DNA of 53,640 bases, filler included, from Jimgerdemannia flammicorona (GCA_003990765.1; 2 parts of 2 records of this genome joined end to end with filler, not necessarily neighbours in it), one strand, 5' to 3'; shown: positions 1-11,850, numbered from the whole stretch's first letter. Numbers and translations: made by a program. The notes: generated by a model from the sequence alone, not told the origin.

Positions 1-706
1 ACCGAACTCCTTGCACTACACCCAGCAAGTCAAGATGAAGAAGGTCTTATTGAAGCCTTCTTTACTCTTCTCAACAAGAGTTTTGTCAGCTCCACAAATC
101 CGAGCGACCTAGGACAACCAGCAGCAGTCTTTTTAGCCTTAGTTCCTCATGAAGTCCAAGCCTCTGTAGCCAAGTGGCTCAACTCTACCGACTTTCACCG
201 CACCAGGACCAAGACCGCATTATACATACTACTGATTCCAGAACAGCAAGGCCCGCCATATCCTTAAAGAAGAAGCAAGAGAAACCCTTCACCAACTACC
301 TGACCCTGAACCTGAAGCAGGCTCTGCTACAACTCTACCTGAATCTGAAACCAATACTGAACCTGAACTTGACTTTGAATTAAGTCCATCTGAAATCAGA
401 TATACAACTGATTCTGTCTACTTTGATGCCGAGCAAACCCAATTACACGGGGACTAAACTGAAGAAGAGGAGGAGTATCTCACTGAATTTGATCCCAGAT
501 ATACCACCGAAGGAGACACATATCCATCAGGACAGAATATACCTACACAGCAACAAACAGCTATCTATCAAGCCCTCACTCCAGATCCACAACTACTACT
601 CCAGCAACTTACACAGACCCAAAGAACCCCATCACACTCTGCACCAGTACCTCAAGTAGTACCAGTAACACCACTATCAGCAGTCCAACCGCCTCCAGTA
701 AACAAC

Positions 707-3142
707 ATGGCGAACCAACAGATTCTAGATCTCACAGCCCAAGTAGCTATAATGGCAGCAACTATTACTGCCTTAGCTGAACAGACCCGACCTACCAAAA
801 ATCTGAGCCTACCTACCTTCAATGGTACTGCACAAGAAGTCCAAAGCTTCATTAGTGTAGTTGACACCAACTTTGAAGCCAATCAATGAACCAATGAATG
901 AGTTACTGACCGCGTTCTGACAAACAATCAAGACCACACCCTGGAACAACTCTTTGCTACAACTACAGCCTATGTCCGCCGAGTTGTTATATTCTTCCGA
1001 GGACCTGCTGAAGAATGGTGGTGAACCCTTCCTGAAAAACCCCTCACATGGGATACTTGACCTGCAGTGATTGCTCAGAATACAGCAAATAATGCCCCAG
1101 GATATGGAGCCCATCCTGCAGCCCCTGGACTGAAACAACTCATGATTGCTCAATATCACAGCGAAACCATGATTGCCGAATCTCAAGTAAAACTCCGCAA
1201 CCTCAAATTTGATGTACATGGCAAGGAAGAATTCGAAACCTTCTGTACAAAACTTGAGTCACTCCTGAACACTATTGGCCTAGGATATATCGCCAACGAT
1301 GAAGCACGAAATGGTACAAGAGCAGACCATTTATTTGATGCACTGCCTGAATGGCTTACTAGAAAAATCCAAGAACAAGGCCGCCCAGTTGGTTGCGATC
1401 ACCAACAATGGTGCCTGGCAAGAATCAAGACCATGGTCAAGCGAATCCTAACAGCTGGACCAATTCTGCCCCGAAGGCAATTCAACAACAAGGAAAAGAC
1501 TTGGACCAAGAAAGAAGAACCCAAGCATGAAGCATCTCAAGCTCCCTCCACATCCACCTCTTGGACACTCAGAAATCCTGAACCCACCCAGCCAAGTACC
1601 TTCAAGAAACTTACTGAAGGTAAAAGGAATGAACTTCAAAGAAGCGGAGCATACTTCTATTGCCGAAAGACAGGACATATGGCCAGTGCCTGCCCCAACC
1701 GAAAACCCCGAACAGCAATACGAGCAATTGTTACCACTCTGCACCACCTCAACAACCTGACCACCAGAACACTAGACTTTGTCAAGTTAAGACAAACTGC
1801 TAAGGCCCCAACCAAAGGAAGTCAAAAAGCAGCCGGATATGACCTGTATGTAGCCGAAGAAGCTATGGTCTCCAACCGAGAAGTCAAACAAGTCTACACA
1901 GGAATCAGTATCCAAATCCCCGAAGGACATGTTGGAAGAATATGCTGTCACAGCAGCCTAGCATTGAAAGGACTCTCAGTAGAAGGAGGAGTCATTGACG
2001 AAGATTATATAGGCGAAATCATTGTTCTCATCCGAAATCACAGTTGGACACTCTTCAAGATCCCTATTGGCTTCTGCATTGCCCAGATCCTATTCGAAAA
2101 AATCGAGTCAACCCTGACAGTCAAGGAAGTCTCTGAACTACTACCCACCATCTGAGGATCCAAAGGATTTGGCTCATCAAACAAGGCCCCAGCCCAACCT
2201 ACTGTGAGCAAAGAAGAACAATTCTATAAGAAGATCGAAGATGGATATGTACCAAGTGGCCGATGCCCTCATGGTATTGGAATGTACTCTTCCCGAATGA
2301 TTGATGATTGCTTCTCTTGTATCAATGAACTGGCTCAAAGAAGAACCAACAGAAGAAAGGCTCCTACAACTGAAATCACCACTATTGGATCAGACAAACT
2401 GCTCACTCTTAAGGCTTTTGTCAATGGAGCACCTGTCAAGATTATGATAGACAGTGGTGTCTCAGGCAACTTTATCAATAAAGAGACAGCTAACAGACTC
2501 AAAGTCTTCACCTCCCCAGTACAGCAAACTCAAGCAGTTGCTACAGCTGATGGAACCTCACATGTTATTAGCAAAGAAGTCCGCAATCTACCCTTCCGAA
2601 TTGGTGACTACCGAGTACATGTTACTCTTCAAATTATACCACTTCCCGACAATGAAATCATCCTTGGGACTCCATGGTTAAAGCAAGAGAACCCCATGAT
2701 CGATTGGGTAAACCATTCGCTGACCATCAAGAAAGGACGCCACAACTTCAAACTATAAGGCAAAAAGAACCCACTCAATTCTAGTGACCCTGGACCAAAG
2801 ATCACCTATATCAACAAGTTACAACTCAAGAAATTGGCCAAGAAATGTCCTCTCTTCGCCATCTCCATCTGACCATCCAAAGGAGAACCCAAGAACTCTG
2901 TAGAAGACTTTTCCAAAGTTGACAGCCACGTCAGACCACTACTCCAGAAGGTCCGAGACATATTTCCAAACCGAACCACAGAACCACCTGCACCTGTCAT
3001 TATTAATGACCAAGAAGAATACAAAGTTGAACAAATCCTCAACAAATATAGCCACAAGAACCATCCAAATGGTACAACAACACCAGAATAAATTAGAAGG
3101 CCCCGACGAGGACGTCGAAAGCTAAGAAGGGGAGAGTTGTAA
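707..3142 (+). pseudogene. Gag-Zn knuckle-dUTPase-CPH motif-aspartic protease-partial chromodomain polyprotein, broken by C>T stops
   Basis: ORFs 707, 1067 and 2204 share one frame. Motifs: PTFNG...FFRGPAEEWW (gag), (Y)FYCRKTGHMASAC (knuckle), AAGYDL / HSSLA / GVIDEDYIGEI / IAQI / (R)GSKGFGSS (dUTPase motifs 1-5), IMIDSGVSGNFI and IILGTPWL (protease), EEYKVEQILNK (chromodomain start). Confidence 0.9.
3124..3136 (+). other. Polypurine tract of family A element
   Basis: AAGAAGGGGAGAG, separated by one base from the LTR start TGTAAG. Equivalent tract at 44153-44165 on the minus strand. Confidence 0.85.
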
Positions 3143-4633
3143 GCATACAACCTCCAAGCCACCAAAATCGCATGGTATCCTCAGAACTAATTTGGAAACC
3201 ACATGCGAGACTACAAAACAAGTTACTGAAGAGATCATCTGGTTACACAAATATGCCAGCAAGCATGAGAACCCACTGCCAAGATACAAGAATACTAGAA
3301 GAAGTACTACAACCATAAGACTGACTCTGAACCGCTATAGCTAGTTTGGTGTACCGTACTATTACAAAAGAAACTGAAAGTACCAAACTCAAATCAAGAC
3401 AAGAAGAACCCTATCTCACCCATCAAAAGGTTCACAAACTGTACTTATCAACTCAAGACCAAGATATACCGTGACTATACAAGACCTCATTATTTAGCAG
3501 AAGCAAAACGCATTTGAACAACTCTGTTCACTTTATCTGTGTCACCTCTGTTGGAGAGTGACGGACACTTCATCTGAACTCAAGAAAGCCGACAACGTCG
3601 AAACCAATCTCAAGCCATCCATGTGACAGATATTACTACTAGAAATTGCCTCAGATTATAGAAAATATCAATTCCGAGAGGTTCGAACCCCCAGCCGCGA
3701 CATTGGGAGCCCTCGCCCTAGACGAGAATGGCCAGTCCTCGCAAATGCGCCAGCAGACCAAAAAAAAAGAGAACCAAGACCTGTTATCCTTGTACAACCA
3801 CTACCACTAAGGACAGCCTTAATCTTACAAGAAATAGACGTGATGACATCTTGAAAACTGATGATGTCAGAAAAACTGCTCAGACTTTGCCAGTGATGAT
3901 GTCATCAATAGTGATGTCATCAAGGACTACCCAGATAGTGCCTAAACCTATAAATAGTCTAGCAGTCATAGTATAGATAGATTAGCCTTGTACGACATGA
4001 CTGTGAACTGACTCAGCAGTCAGACGATCTCTTGATATGTCAGATCACACTTGTACTATGTGACTGCATTCCGACTCAGCAAAGCACTTAGTGCTATATC
4101 CATATCTAGCCTAGTCCAGATAGCCCCTCACTAGTATAAATACCCCCTCCCCCAGACCTCAGAATCTCAGACAAAAACAGACTTGAACAATCCGAACACA
4201 ACTCCTGAGCACTTCCCCACAATATCCCTTCACACAAATACTCCTAGTATAGTAATATCATGAATAGCAAATAAATCTATTCCATAACCCACAAACCACT
4301 CTTAAGTAAATCTGCTCTCTGTTAGGTCCCACTCCTAACCCCATCACGAAATTTCCTAATTGGGTATTGTCTGCAGCGATATGCCAATTCAACTAAGCTG
4401 GTCTTAGTTTCTTGAACTTCCTGAAATACAGAAAATCCTGAACATCCAGAACTAGTCTGAAAAAGGACTTTGGTTGAGACATCAACCCGATCTTGAAATC
4501 AATAAGCATAGAGGATGTACTCCATACGAAATTGATCTTGACCATAAGAAAACGGTCTTTCAGAACATCCAGAATATCCAGAAAACCTTTCTAGAACTAT
4601 GTAACGGTTGCCCTAAAAAGTAACCCTCTTACA
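3138..4633 (+). repeat. 3' LTR of family A (about 1.5 kb)
   Basis: TGTAAG...CTTACA inverted ends. Homologous to 42649-44151 and 47545-48231 (minus strand). TATAAATA at 4135-4142. Confidence 0.9.
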
Positions 4634-6097
4634 CAACGCCTCTGGAACGCTGAATTTCACCTGCTGGGTTCCCAGCATCGTCACGTCCTCCCCAGGCTTG
4701 TTCCTGGAAGCCGGGCTATACCTGATTAGAGGGGAAGGGGTGGGGGAGTTCTCCCAGCCATCATCCCAAATCTCCAAGGTGCCGTCAGCATATAGGTCTC
4801 TAATCTCCACCTCCTTAGCCTTTCCAGACCCTGCCCCTTCGTTCCCACTCCTCTCACCAGCCCAGACACTCGCTCCGGCCCCTTCTGTACCCGTCCTCAT
4901 ACTCGCATCCTTCTGATGACCACCCCCCAGCTTGGCCAGCAAATCCTTCTGCCTCTTCCGCCCTTGAGCCCTTTCCCACTGCACCTTGTCCACTTGAATC
5001 CTCTTTCCATCCACCACCTCCAGGAGCGTTGACTCCTCGAAAGTCTTCCAGGCCTTAGCTCGCCATTCTACAGCCCCATCCAGCTCCTCCAGCACTTCCA
5101 ATAAATCTTCCTCCTCTTCTTCACTTCCTTTCACCCATATCACCTTGCACAGGAAAGCCCCCCAGACCAATACCAAAGACCAGTCCCTCGTCTTCCCAGT
5201 AGCCTCCTTCCCAGCCAGCCAAATCCTTACATCTACATCTCCAGTCCTGAGTGCAGTCCCTTCCCAGACCCTAAATCCGATATCCACCACCTTGCCATAC
5301 TCTGCCATAACATCCTCCACTCTCTTCCTCATCTCCATCGCCATCACCATGGGTACTCCTTTCACCAGCAGTTGGACTACCCTTGGATCCCATTTCAAAT
5401 ACCTCGCCATCGGAACATACACCTCCCCAACCACCAACCCAACCTTCAGCGCCTCCTCCAGAGGTTCCACCTCCTCAAATCCCACCTCCACCCCCTCCAG
5501 TCCCTTCAGAAACTTCACCGAAGCCGCTCCTGCCACCTGCTTAGCGATAAGCCCCAACACCATTTTTGCCATTACTGCTAAGTCCCGGAAACACAGCATG
5601 ACTACAAATGCCGAGATCGACTTCTTGAGTAACGGAGCCACCGCCAGTCCCATTACACCATCCACCAGGTCCCCAGGCCTTGTGCCCTTCCCACTGCTCG
5701 GCTCACCATCAGCAGTCCCATCTAGATTTTTTTCCAGATCACCCATCACACCCCCATCAGCAGTCCCCACCCCAGCCACTACTCCCCCAGCTCCACTCCT
5801 ATGGCCCTCCAGAGAGGCACCTCCAAGCGGTTGCTGCCTGGAAGCTACCACCGGTACCTTCCCCCCTCTCAGCCAGCTCTCCAGTCCAGCTCCCTGTCGA
5901 CCCCCCTTCACCTTCTCCGCAAAGCTCACCCTGCCAGACCCTTGACCTCCAGCTCCACCCCCTCTTCTACTACAGCCCCCCGCCAGCAGGCCCCTCATAC
6001 TTCTCCCCAAGCTGGGGCCTCTCTCCACTTGCTGCCATTCAAATACTCCAGAGCCACCCTGCTCAGTATGCACCTCTGGATGCTCATTGGTCGCCAT
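4634..6097 (-). CDS. Probable non-LTR retrotransposon (LINE) ORF1-like protein, truncated at the 3' end by the family A insertion
   Basis: 494-aa ORF with SFAEKVKG, VEVGFE..E.LEEAL..GL, LLVKGVP, MAEYGKVVDIG and RTGDVDVRIWL, an RRM-like pattern typical of fungal LINE ORF1. Its last codons (CKRVTF*) are read from the LTR. Confidence 0.6.
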
Positions 6098-6828
6098 GAT
6101 ACTAGTAGCTTTTCTCCAGAAACTGTGTCGAAAGTGTTGCCAAAGAGTTGTGTAACCTGAATGTTACCGGAGAAAGGTCTCTGCTCTCTTCTTTTATTCT
6201 TTTCTTTGTTCTTTTTCTTTGTTCTTTTTCATTGTTCTTTCCTGCCACATCATGAGCAAACAAAACAGCAGCCCTTAATTTGTATATTAGTCCAGTTTAC
6301 TCATTTTTCACTCTGCAATGATTGTCAAAAGAGGGAGTATTCGAGATGGAAATGCACTCTCTGCTGACAATGTTAGATTCTTTCTCATATGGACAGTACA
6401 CAAGCTGCTCATCAAGAGCCAAAGGGGTGACAGCAATAGTGATGGTGATGGCGATGGCGGGGATGAGGGAGAATTCCGGCAACAACTCATGGTGGCCCTT
6501 TAGACCTTGGAATTCATAGACCTCATAGCTATGTACATGGCAGCCTTTTTGGAGCAGCCGATAGTAGATGTAGGTTGCTCACTCAGCCGCCACTTGTTTA
6601 CTTGTGTTTATTTAAACTTCCCCAGCATGACCCAATTCACCTCGTACTTTTCTTAGGGTCCACAGCTCTATAGCGAGATCTGCTGACTTTATTCGCAACA
6701 TCTGGTCAAGATGAAGAAAGGCTGGTGAATGTTGTGGGGCATACCTTTGGTGGCTGAGCTGTTGAGTCAATGCATCACATGGCAGAGGTCTCAAAAGGAA
6801 CAGAAGCAAGCCTTTGTGAGCAATCTTG

Positions 6829-7170
6829 TGCAACTCATGCAACTCGTCAGCATGCAACTTGTCAGCATACAACTCGTCAGTATGCAGCTCACTCACTCAC
6901 TCACTCATGCTCTTTTTCTGAAATACCCATCTCCATATTTTATTTAATTTCATTTTTATGTGGTCTCCCCCTAAAAAACACCCACACCCGCACACAACCC
7001 ACCTGCACACAATCCGCCCACATACAACCCACCCACACACAACCTGCCCGCACACAACCTGCCTGTATGCAACCCGCCTGCAACCTGCCCATACACAACC
7101 CACCCACATGTAACCTACCCACACGCAACCTGCCTGCATACAACCCATCTGCATACAACCTATCTGCATA
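6829..7170. repeat. Two 15-bp minisatellites (ATGCAACTCGTCAGC-like x~4; ACACAACCCGCCCGC-like x~12), probably intronic
   Basis: Visible degenerate tandem units between a GTGAGC donor (about 6816) and a CCCTCAG acceptor (7188). Confidence 0.7.
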
Positions 7171-7188
7171 CTTATCTCGGTCCCTCAG

Positions 7189-8420
7189 ATCAGAGCTCAG
7201 TTCCATTGGAAAGGAGAGTTCAAAGTTACCTAAGTTCAACCATGTCCGGCATCTGATCAAATAGAGAAATTCAAGGGCAAGATATTCAGCATGAGTAGTA
7301 CCAGTATCATCATCAAGGCTTGGGGGTCTACATTCGAATCAGAGCCAATCATACTCGACCAAGGGGTCCATTGGCCAGTAGGAGTAACCAACAATGAAAA
7401 GAACCATATCTTTATTAACAAATGTAGAGAGGTAGTTACAATGGTGGTAAGGAACCTCTATGGTGATAAGCTTCGCCGCCACATCAATGAGATTTGCAAG
7501 GATTGTGTCAAATACCAGGTGGCAGGAAAGAGGGGGTGAAAAAAGCAAGGAGGGGGGGTTTGGACGGAAATTGGATATACTGTAACACTGGTGAAGAGTG
7601 GGTTCTGGAGTTCCGAAATCCCCTGCACTTATCTCCCTTTTTTTTTAACCCCTTCTCAGATAAATCACACTCTTCACCAATATACTCTTTTTGATACAAT
7701 TCTAGAGATGCACAAGATTCTATACCCCTACTGGAACTTTAGAAGTACCATTAAAGAGCAAACTGCATGTGAGCACGATACAGCCTGTGCAGCGATGGCA
7801 GCTATGATCTGGGGTTCTTTGAGCAGATTGGTAGAGCATATGGCAGGCCAGCTTGATGGTGATCTTGGTGCAGCTGTACATATATTCTTGGTGCAATTTA
7901 GTATACCGTATGAGGTGAGGAGCTCTGCTTTTTCAGAGTGCTGCAGTCTGGGGGATTTCTGCCCCCCTGTATGCAAAAAGGACTGACTGGTTGCCATCCA
8001 TTTTGGCAGGTTTCCAAGCCGGGGCTCCCAAGGCTGGACCAAGGGCAGGTGTCCACCAGCATAGCCTGGCAGTATGAGGTCCTGGGCCAAGGGTTCACCC
8101 AACTGTACACTTATGTCATATCAGGATATATCAGGCACAACCTTTTTCTGCCCACACACACAGATAACAATATCACTCTGGTAATGTTTTATGTTCCAGA
8201 AAGGAAGGGCCCAACCTGGGAGAACAGTGGCAGAATCTGGTATGATCTCACCTATGGTTTCAGGGTCCCATTTGCAGCCAACATGGCCATCCTATTCCAA
8301 CTACACAACCACCATGGCACCATCGCCTTTGAGGAGAGCTTGGATACAACAGTCATTGCACTTACAATAGATGATAGGCTCATCAAGGCCTGGGACCGGT
8401 GGGTGGAGCAGTTTTTGTGA
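7189..8420 (+). pseudogene. TET/JBP-like Fe(II)-dependent dioxygenase, spliced and probably disrupted (upstream exons may extend to about 6300)
   Basis: Last exon 8010-8420 follows a phase-0 GT-AG intron (7915-8009, branch-like GACTGAC). It encodes HNLFLPTHTD (HxD at 8157-8165), a hydrophobic strand, G.I..L.YGFRVPF..NMAILF and HHGT (His at 8313), matching the TET/JBP double-stranded beta-helix layout. There is a stop and a frameshift in the upstream exon. Confidence 0.6.
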
Positions 8421-9261
8421 GGGTTAGGCAATCTTTCATGAGGGTTAGGCAGCCATTTTGTACAGATTGGGCAGCCATTTTGTGCAGGTTGGGCAGTCTT
8501 ATGTAGGCTGGGCGCCTCTTATGTAATACTAGCTTAGCTGTTATGCAGGGCCCTACTAGCCCCTCAGCCCTGCTCTGTAGTGCTGCTGGTGCAGTACTGC
8601 AGCGTAGGGCCGAGGTGCCCATGGGATCCGAACTGGTGACTTCAACCACCAGAAACACCCTCCAACTGCCAGAAGCACCCTTCGCCCCAGACTCCTTAGC
8701 AGCTTGGGGCTGCCCCTATGCCACTGGTGGAGGGCTGCAAATTTTGCACACTCCCTCTACCTACCCTGCCTGTCTCAAATACTTGCGGCTTGGGGCTGCC
8801 CCTTGCTGCTGGTAGAGGGCTACAAATTTTGCACACTCTCTCTGCTGACTCCATGCCCGCCAACCCGCCAACTGACCCCACCCACTGACCTGGGTGCTGA
8901 CAGCTTGGAGCTGCCCCTTGCTACTGGCAGAGGGCTGCAAATTTTGCATGCTCCCTCTACCTACCCCTCCAACCTGGACACTTGTGGCTTGGGGCTGCTC
9001 CTTGCTACCAGCAGAGAGTTGCAAATTTTGTGCACTCCCTCTGCTGACCCACCGACCTACCCACTGACCTGGGCACTGGCAGCTTGGGACTGCCCCTTGC
9101 TGCTGGCTGAGGGCTGCAAATATTGTACACTCCCTCTGCCACCACTACCAACCCCACCCCACTTGGGCCGCAAACTCCAGGCCAAGTCCTTAGGTTTTTT
9201 TTTCCTTTTTTATTATTTTGAAAGGTATTAATTTGAAAGGTATTAATTTGAAAGGTATTAA
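8420..9261. repeat. Tandem repeat cluster between the convergent TET-like and hAT genes
   Basis: Units of about 20 bp (GGGTTAGGCAGCCATTTTGT-like) at 8420-8524; about five units of 70-110 bp with the core GCTTGGGGCTGCCCCTTGCT...GAGGGCTGCAAATTTTGCACACTCCCTCT at 8699-9140; TTTGAAAGGTATTAA x3 at 9217-9261. Confidence 0.8.
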
Positions 9262-9324
9262 ATATTCCACAAGGCCAACCAACTTATCCACAGACCCGCT
9301 GAATTTTAGCGACCCAAGCCCCAC

Positions 9325-10385
9325 CAAGACTTCAGACATATATATACCCAGATTGTCTCAGCATTCAGCGCACACCTCTTTGGGGCAATGAGGTCCACCC
9401 CACCTGAGAACACCTACTCGATGGGAGTGCTGGAGGTAGGAATTGCCAGGTAGTTCTGAGCCATACCACACAGGCTGAGAAAGTCTGTTTGATGCAGCTG
9501 CATACCCTGGTGGGTAGAGCAGTGGTTAGATTGGTGGGTTAAATTGGCCCAACGCCCACCTGACAATACCCACCTGATAACTCACCTTCCACCAGTTGAG
9601 CACCTCTGTACCCTCCAGCAGGATCACGTGGTCACTGGTAAGGTAAATGGTGAGTTCATCTATTGATGGTAGCCCTTCCACTGATGGCTCCCTCTTCTTC
9701 TTTCTGCTGAAGTAAATGTAGAACAGGAGGGAACTCTCAGCATATTTGTCTGAACTTCAGCCAGAACCTTATAGTGGTGCATAGTTTTTCCGGTATACTT
9801 CGATTACGGCCTGCTTGGTTCTCTCAATAAAGTGCTACTCCCAGCCCTGATCTTTATGATATTGTAGCTTTAAGCATGGATCCAGCACTGTTTGAAGAAA
9901 AGGAGAGTGAGTTTTTGCAGAGTTTCCTCTATTTTGGAAGGGGCAATGGCCACATGCCAACATTGACACACCTGTACTGATTGAGTATACAGTGGTATCT
10001 GTTTGGGAGTAGTATTTCCTGAGCTTGCTTAGAGCAACTTCCATGGTGTCTCTCTGATCCGGGTTTAACCGTAAATCACCACAACCCTCCAGCCTATCCT
10101 CGAGCTTGTCCTCTAGCTGGTCAATCAGAAGGTTATATACTGATATCACAGAGCTTATTGTCAGGGTCATTTGTTTGACTATATCCTTCGTACAATTGTT
10201 GAAACACTGGCAGTTATATATGGTGAGATGTTGCATTGTATGGAGGCAGACAAAATGAGTGTGGAGCCAGAGCAACCATCACTTACTTCCAAAACTCTGA
10301 CAATATTCCTAAGTATGTCCCACTCGCTTTCACCTAGAGCCTTGGCCCATATTTCCTTGTTGGCAGCCATCATTGGATCTATTGG

Positions 10386-10417
<32 letters not shown>

Positions 10418-11850
10418 AAATCTTCTATCATCTGAAATAGTTGCTTTAGCTGACCGAAGAAAAAAAGGATACATACTACAGCAAACTCCAGCGTGTGCTG
10501 GATCATTGCAAATATTGAGTTCTAATGTGTACAGATATCCAATATAAGCTCTTTCAGGGCTAAACTAATTGCCCTATACTGTACAGTAAATTTGTCTTGT
10601 CATTGTAGGGATGATCGGACCAATACAACCAGTTTGTGCAGCTTGGAAATTATACTCAAGGCTCCTCCTCTCTCAGATGTTTTGTCTATATGCATAAGAT
10701 AGTCCTGAACAGTGAGGTTCAGTACATGGACCTGGTATCACACACGGCAGCTTTCTATACCGAAGGCCACATTTTCCTATTTGAGGCTGGCTGCTAAAGC
10801 TTGGAAAAATGTTGAGTTATTTGTAGCATTGTCTATCGTAATGGCCAAAATCTGTACTTGAAATATTTGGTTGGTGAATTATGCGAAAATAAATAACCAA
10901 CAAAATCTGTTCTGTTTAAGGACTTCTCTCAAAATACCGACCTGACAGCAAGCCCCCCTTTTTTTATCTTGGTTGTAATTCCAAGCTCTCGGATACAACT
11001 AATAAAAGCATCTGCGATGTTGTCTCTAGAATGAGGGCCAGCAAGTTTGACAAAGTCAAGGATAAGAGATTTAAGCTGCCAATTGAGGTCAATCTAATGA
11101 CCAGTAATGCCCAGAAACGAAATTGCATTGGGGGATGTCTATGTGTTGATCATAAACGAAATTTTGTCTGCCGAATTCTGCTTATTGAATATAAGGTTAA
11201 ATTGGTGAGCTCTTTTATATAATTCAGCTTGCAAAGGTTATGGTGCTACTCTTATTTTACCTGAAGTGTCTGGTGGAGATTGTCGTACTCCTTCCTATAG
11301 GCCTCCAGGACATCTTTATGAATAGTATCGGTACTTGACAAATATAAATCATACTTGAGGAGACCAAAGATGCTATGCAATTGATCACTCTCAATAGTTG
11401 TGAATGACTGGTCTGTACACACAATCTAGTAAATGAGCTGATTTCGAAATTCTGCCAAAGAGTATGGCTAAATATTTTTGATTAAACAGCATTATTGATA
11501 TAAAAATGGTTGGACAATCGGATAAATATACCCACTACAGCTTGGATGTCGATTTTATTTGTCTCTGTGTTCTTTTTGATTTTGTTAGAGTACTTGTCTT
11601 TTATGTGTTGATTCATGTTCGAGATTGTATCACCAAGCATTTTGAACTTCTGGCTAGTGCAGTTTATGGGGGTAGATGAAATAATATCATGTGTGTGTCA
11701 AACAAGTCAATAGGTGCATCTTAATTTTTTATCTGCAATAATTACAAACAACATCATCTCCTATCTTAGTACAATATTGCCAGATTTTGGAACAAGGATT
11801 GTGTAGAAGGTATGGAACTATCAGGGATGTTTGACTTGAAGTATCATTGG
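9325..11850 (-). pseudogene. hAT-superfamily transposase, decayed and intron-containing
   Basis: Minus-strand fragments: TSPNAISFLGITGH...LILDFVKLAGPHS; AITIDNATNN; HVLNLTVQD; degraded TRWNS region; KLRKYY...VLDP.LKL; VLNWWK; MAQNYLAIPTSSTPIE*VFSGG (hAT dimerisation domain). Boundaries are approximate. Confidence 0.88.

Larger units (their letters stand above)
1..4633 (+). mobile_element. Ty3/Gypsy LTR retrotransposon, family A copy 1 (5' end outside window; non-autonomous, RT-RNaseH-integrase absent)
   Basis: Gag, zinc knuckle, dUTPase, aspartic protease and chromodomain-start motifs lie in one frame, followed by a PPT and an LTR. Colinear with the inverted copy at 42649-48231. Confidence 0.92.

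Noticed and set aside
5145..5945. 266-aa Ser/Thr/Pro-rich ORF that looks mucin-like
   Set aside because: Antisense shadow of the G-rich LINE ORF1-like gene; its composition is explained by the opposite strand.
6770..7264. ORFs of 90-164 aa with repeated QPA/CNLP units
   Set aside because: Translations of the 15-bp minisatellite, which lies between plausible splice donor and acceptor sites.
8420..8470. GGGTTAGG resembling telomeric repeats
   Set aside because: Only two isolated occurrences inside a 20-bp unit; there is no (TTAGGG)n array.
8578..8591. TAGTGCTGCTGG as the partner TIR of the hAT terminus at 12323
   Set aside because: Only 7 bp match, with no subterminal repeats and no 8-bp TSD match to the 12324 flank.
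8543..9231. Possible CRISPR-like repeat array or 175-aa protein
   Set aside because: Repeats are degenerate and of variable length without unique spacers, the context is eukaryotic, and no cas genes are present. The ORFs are repeat translations.
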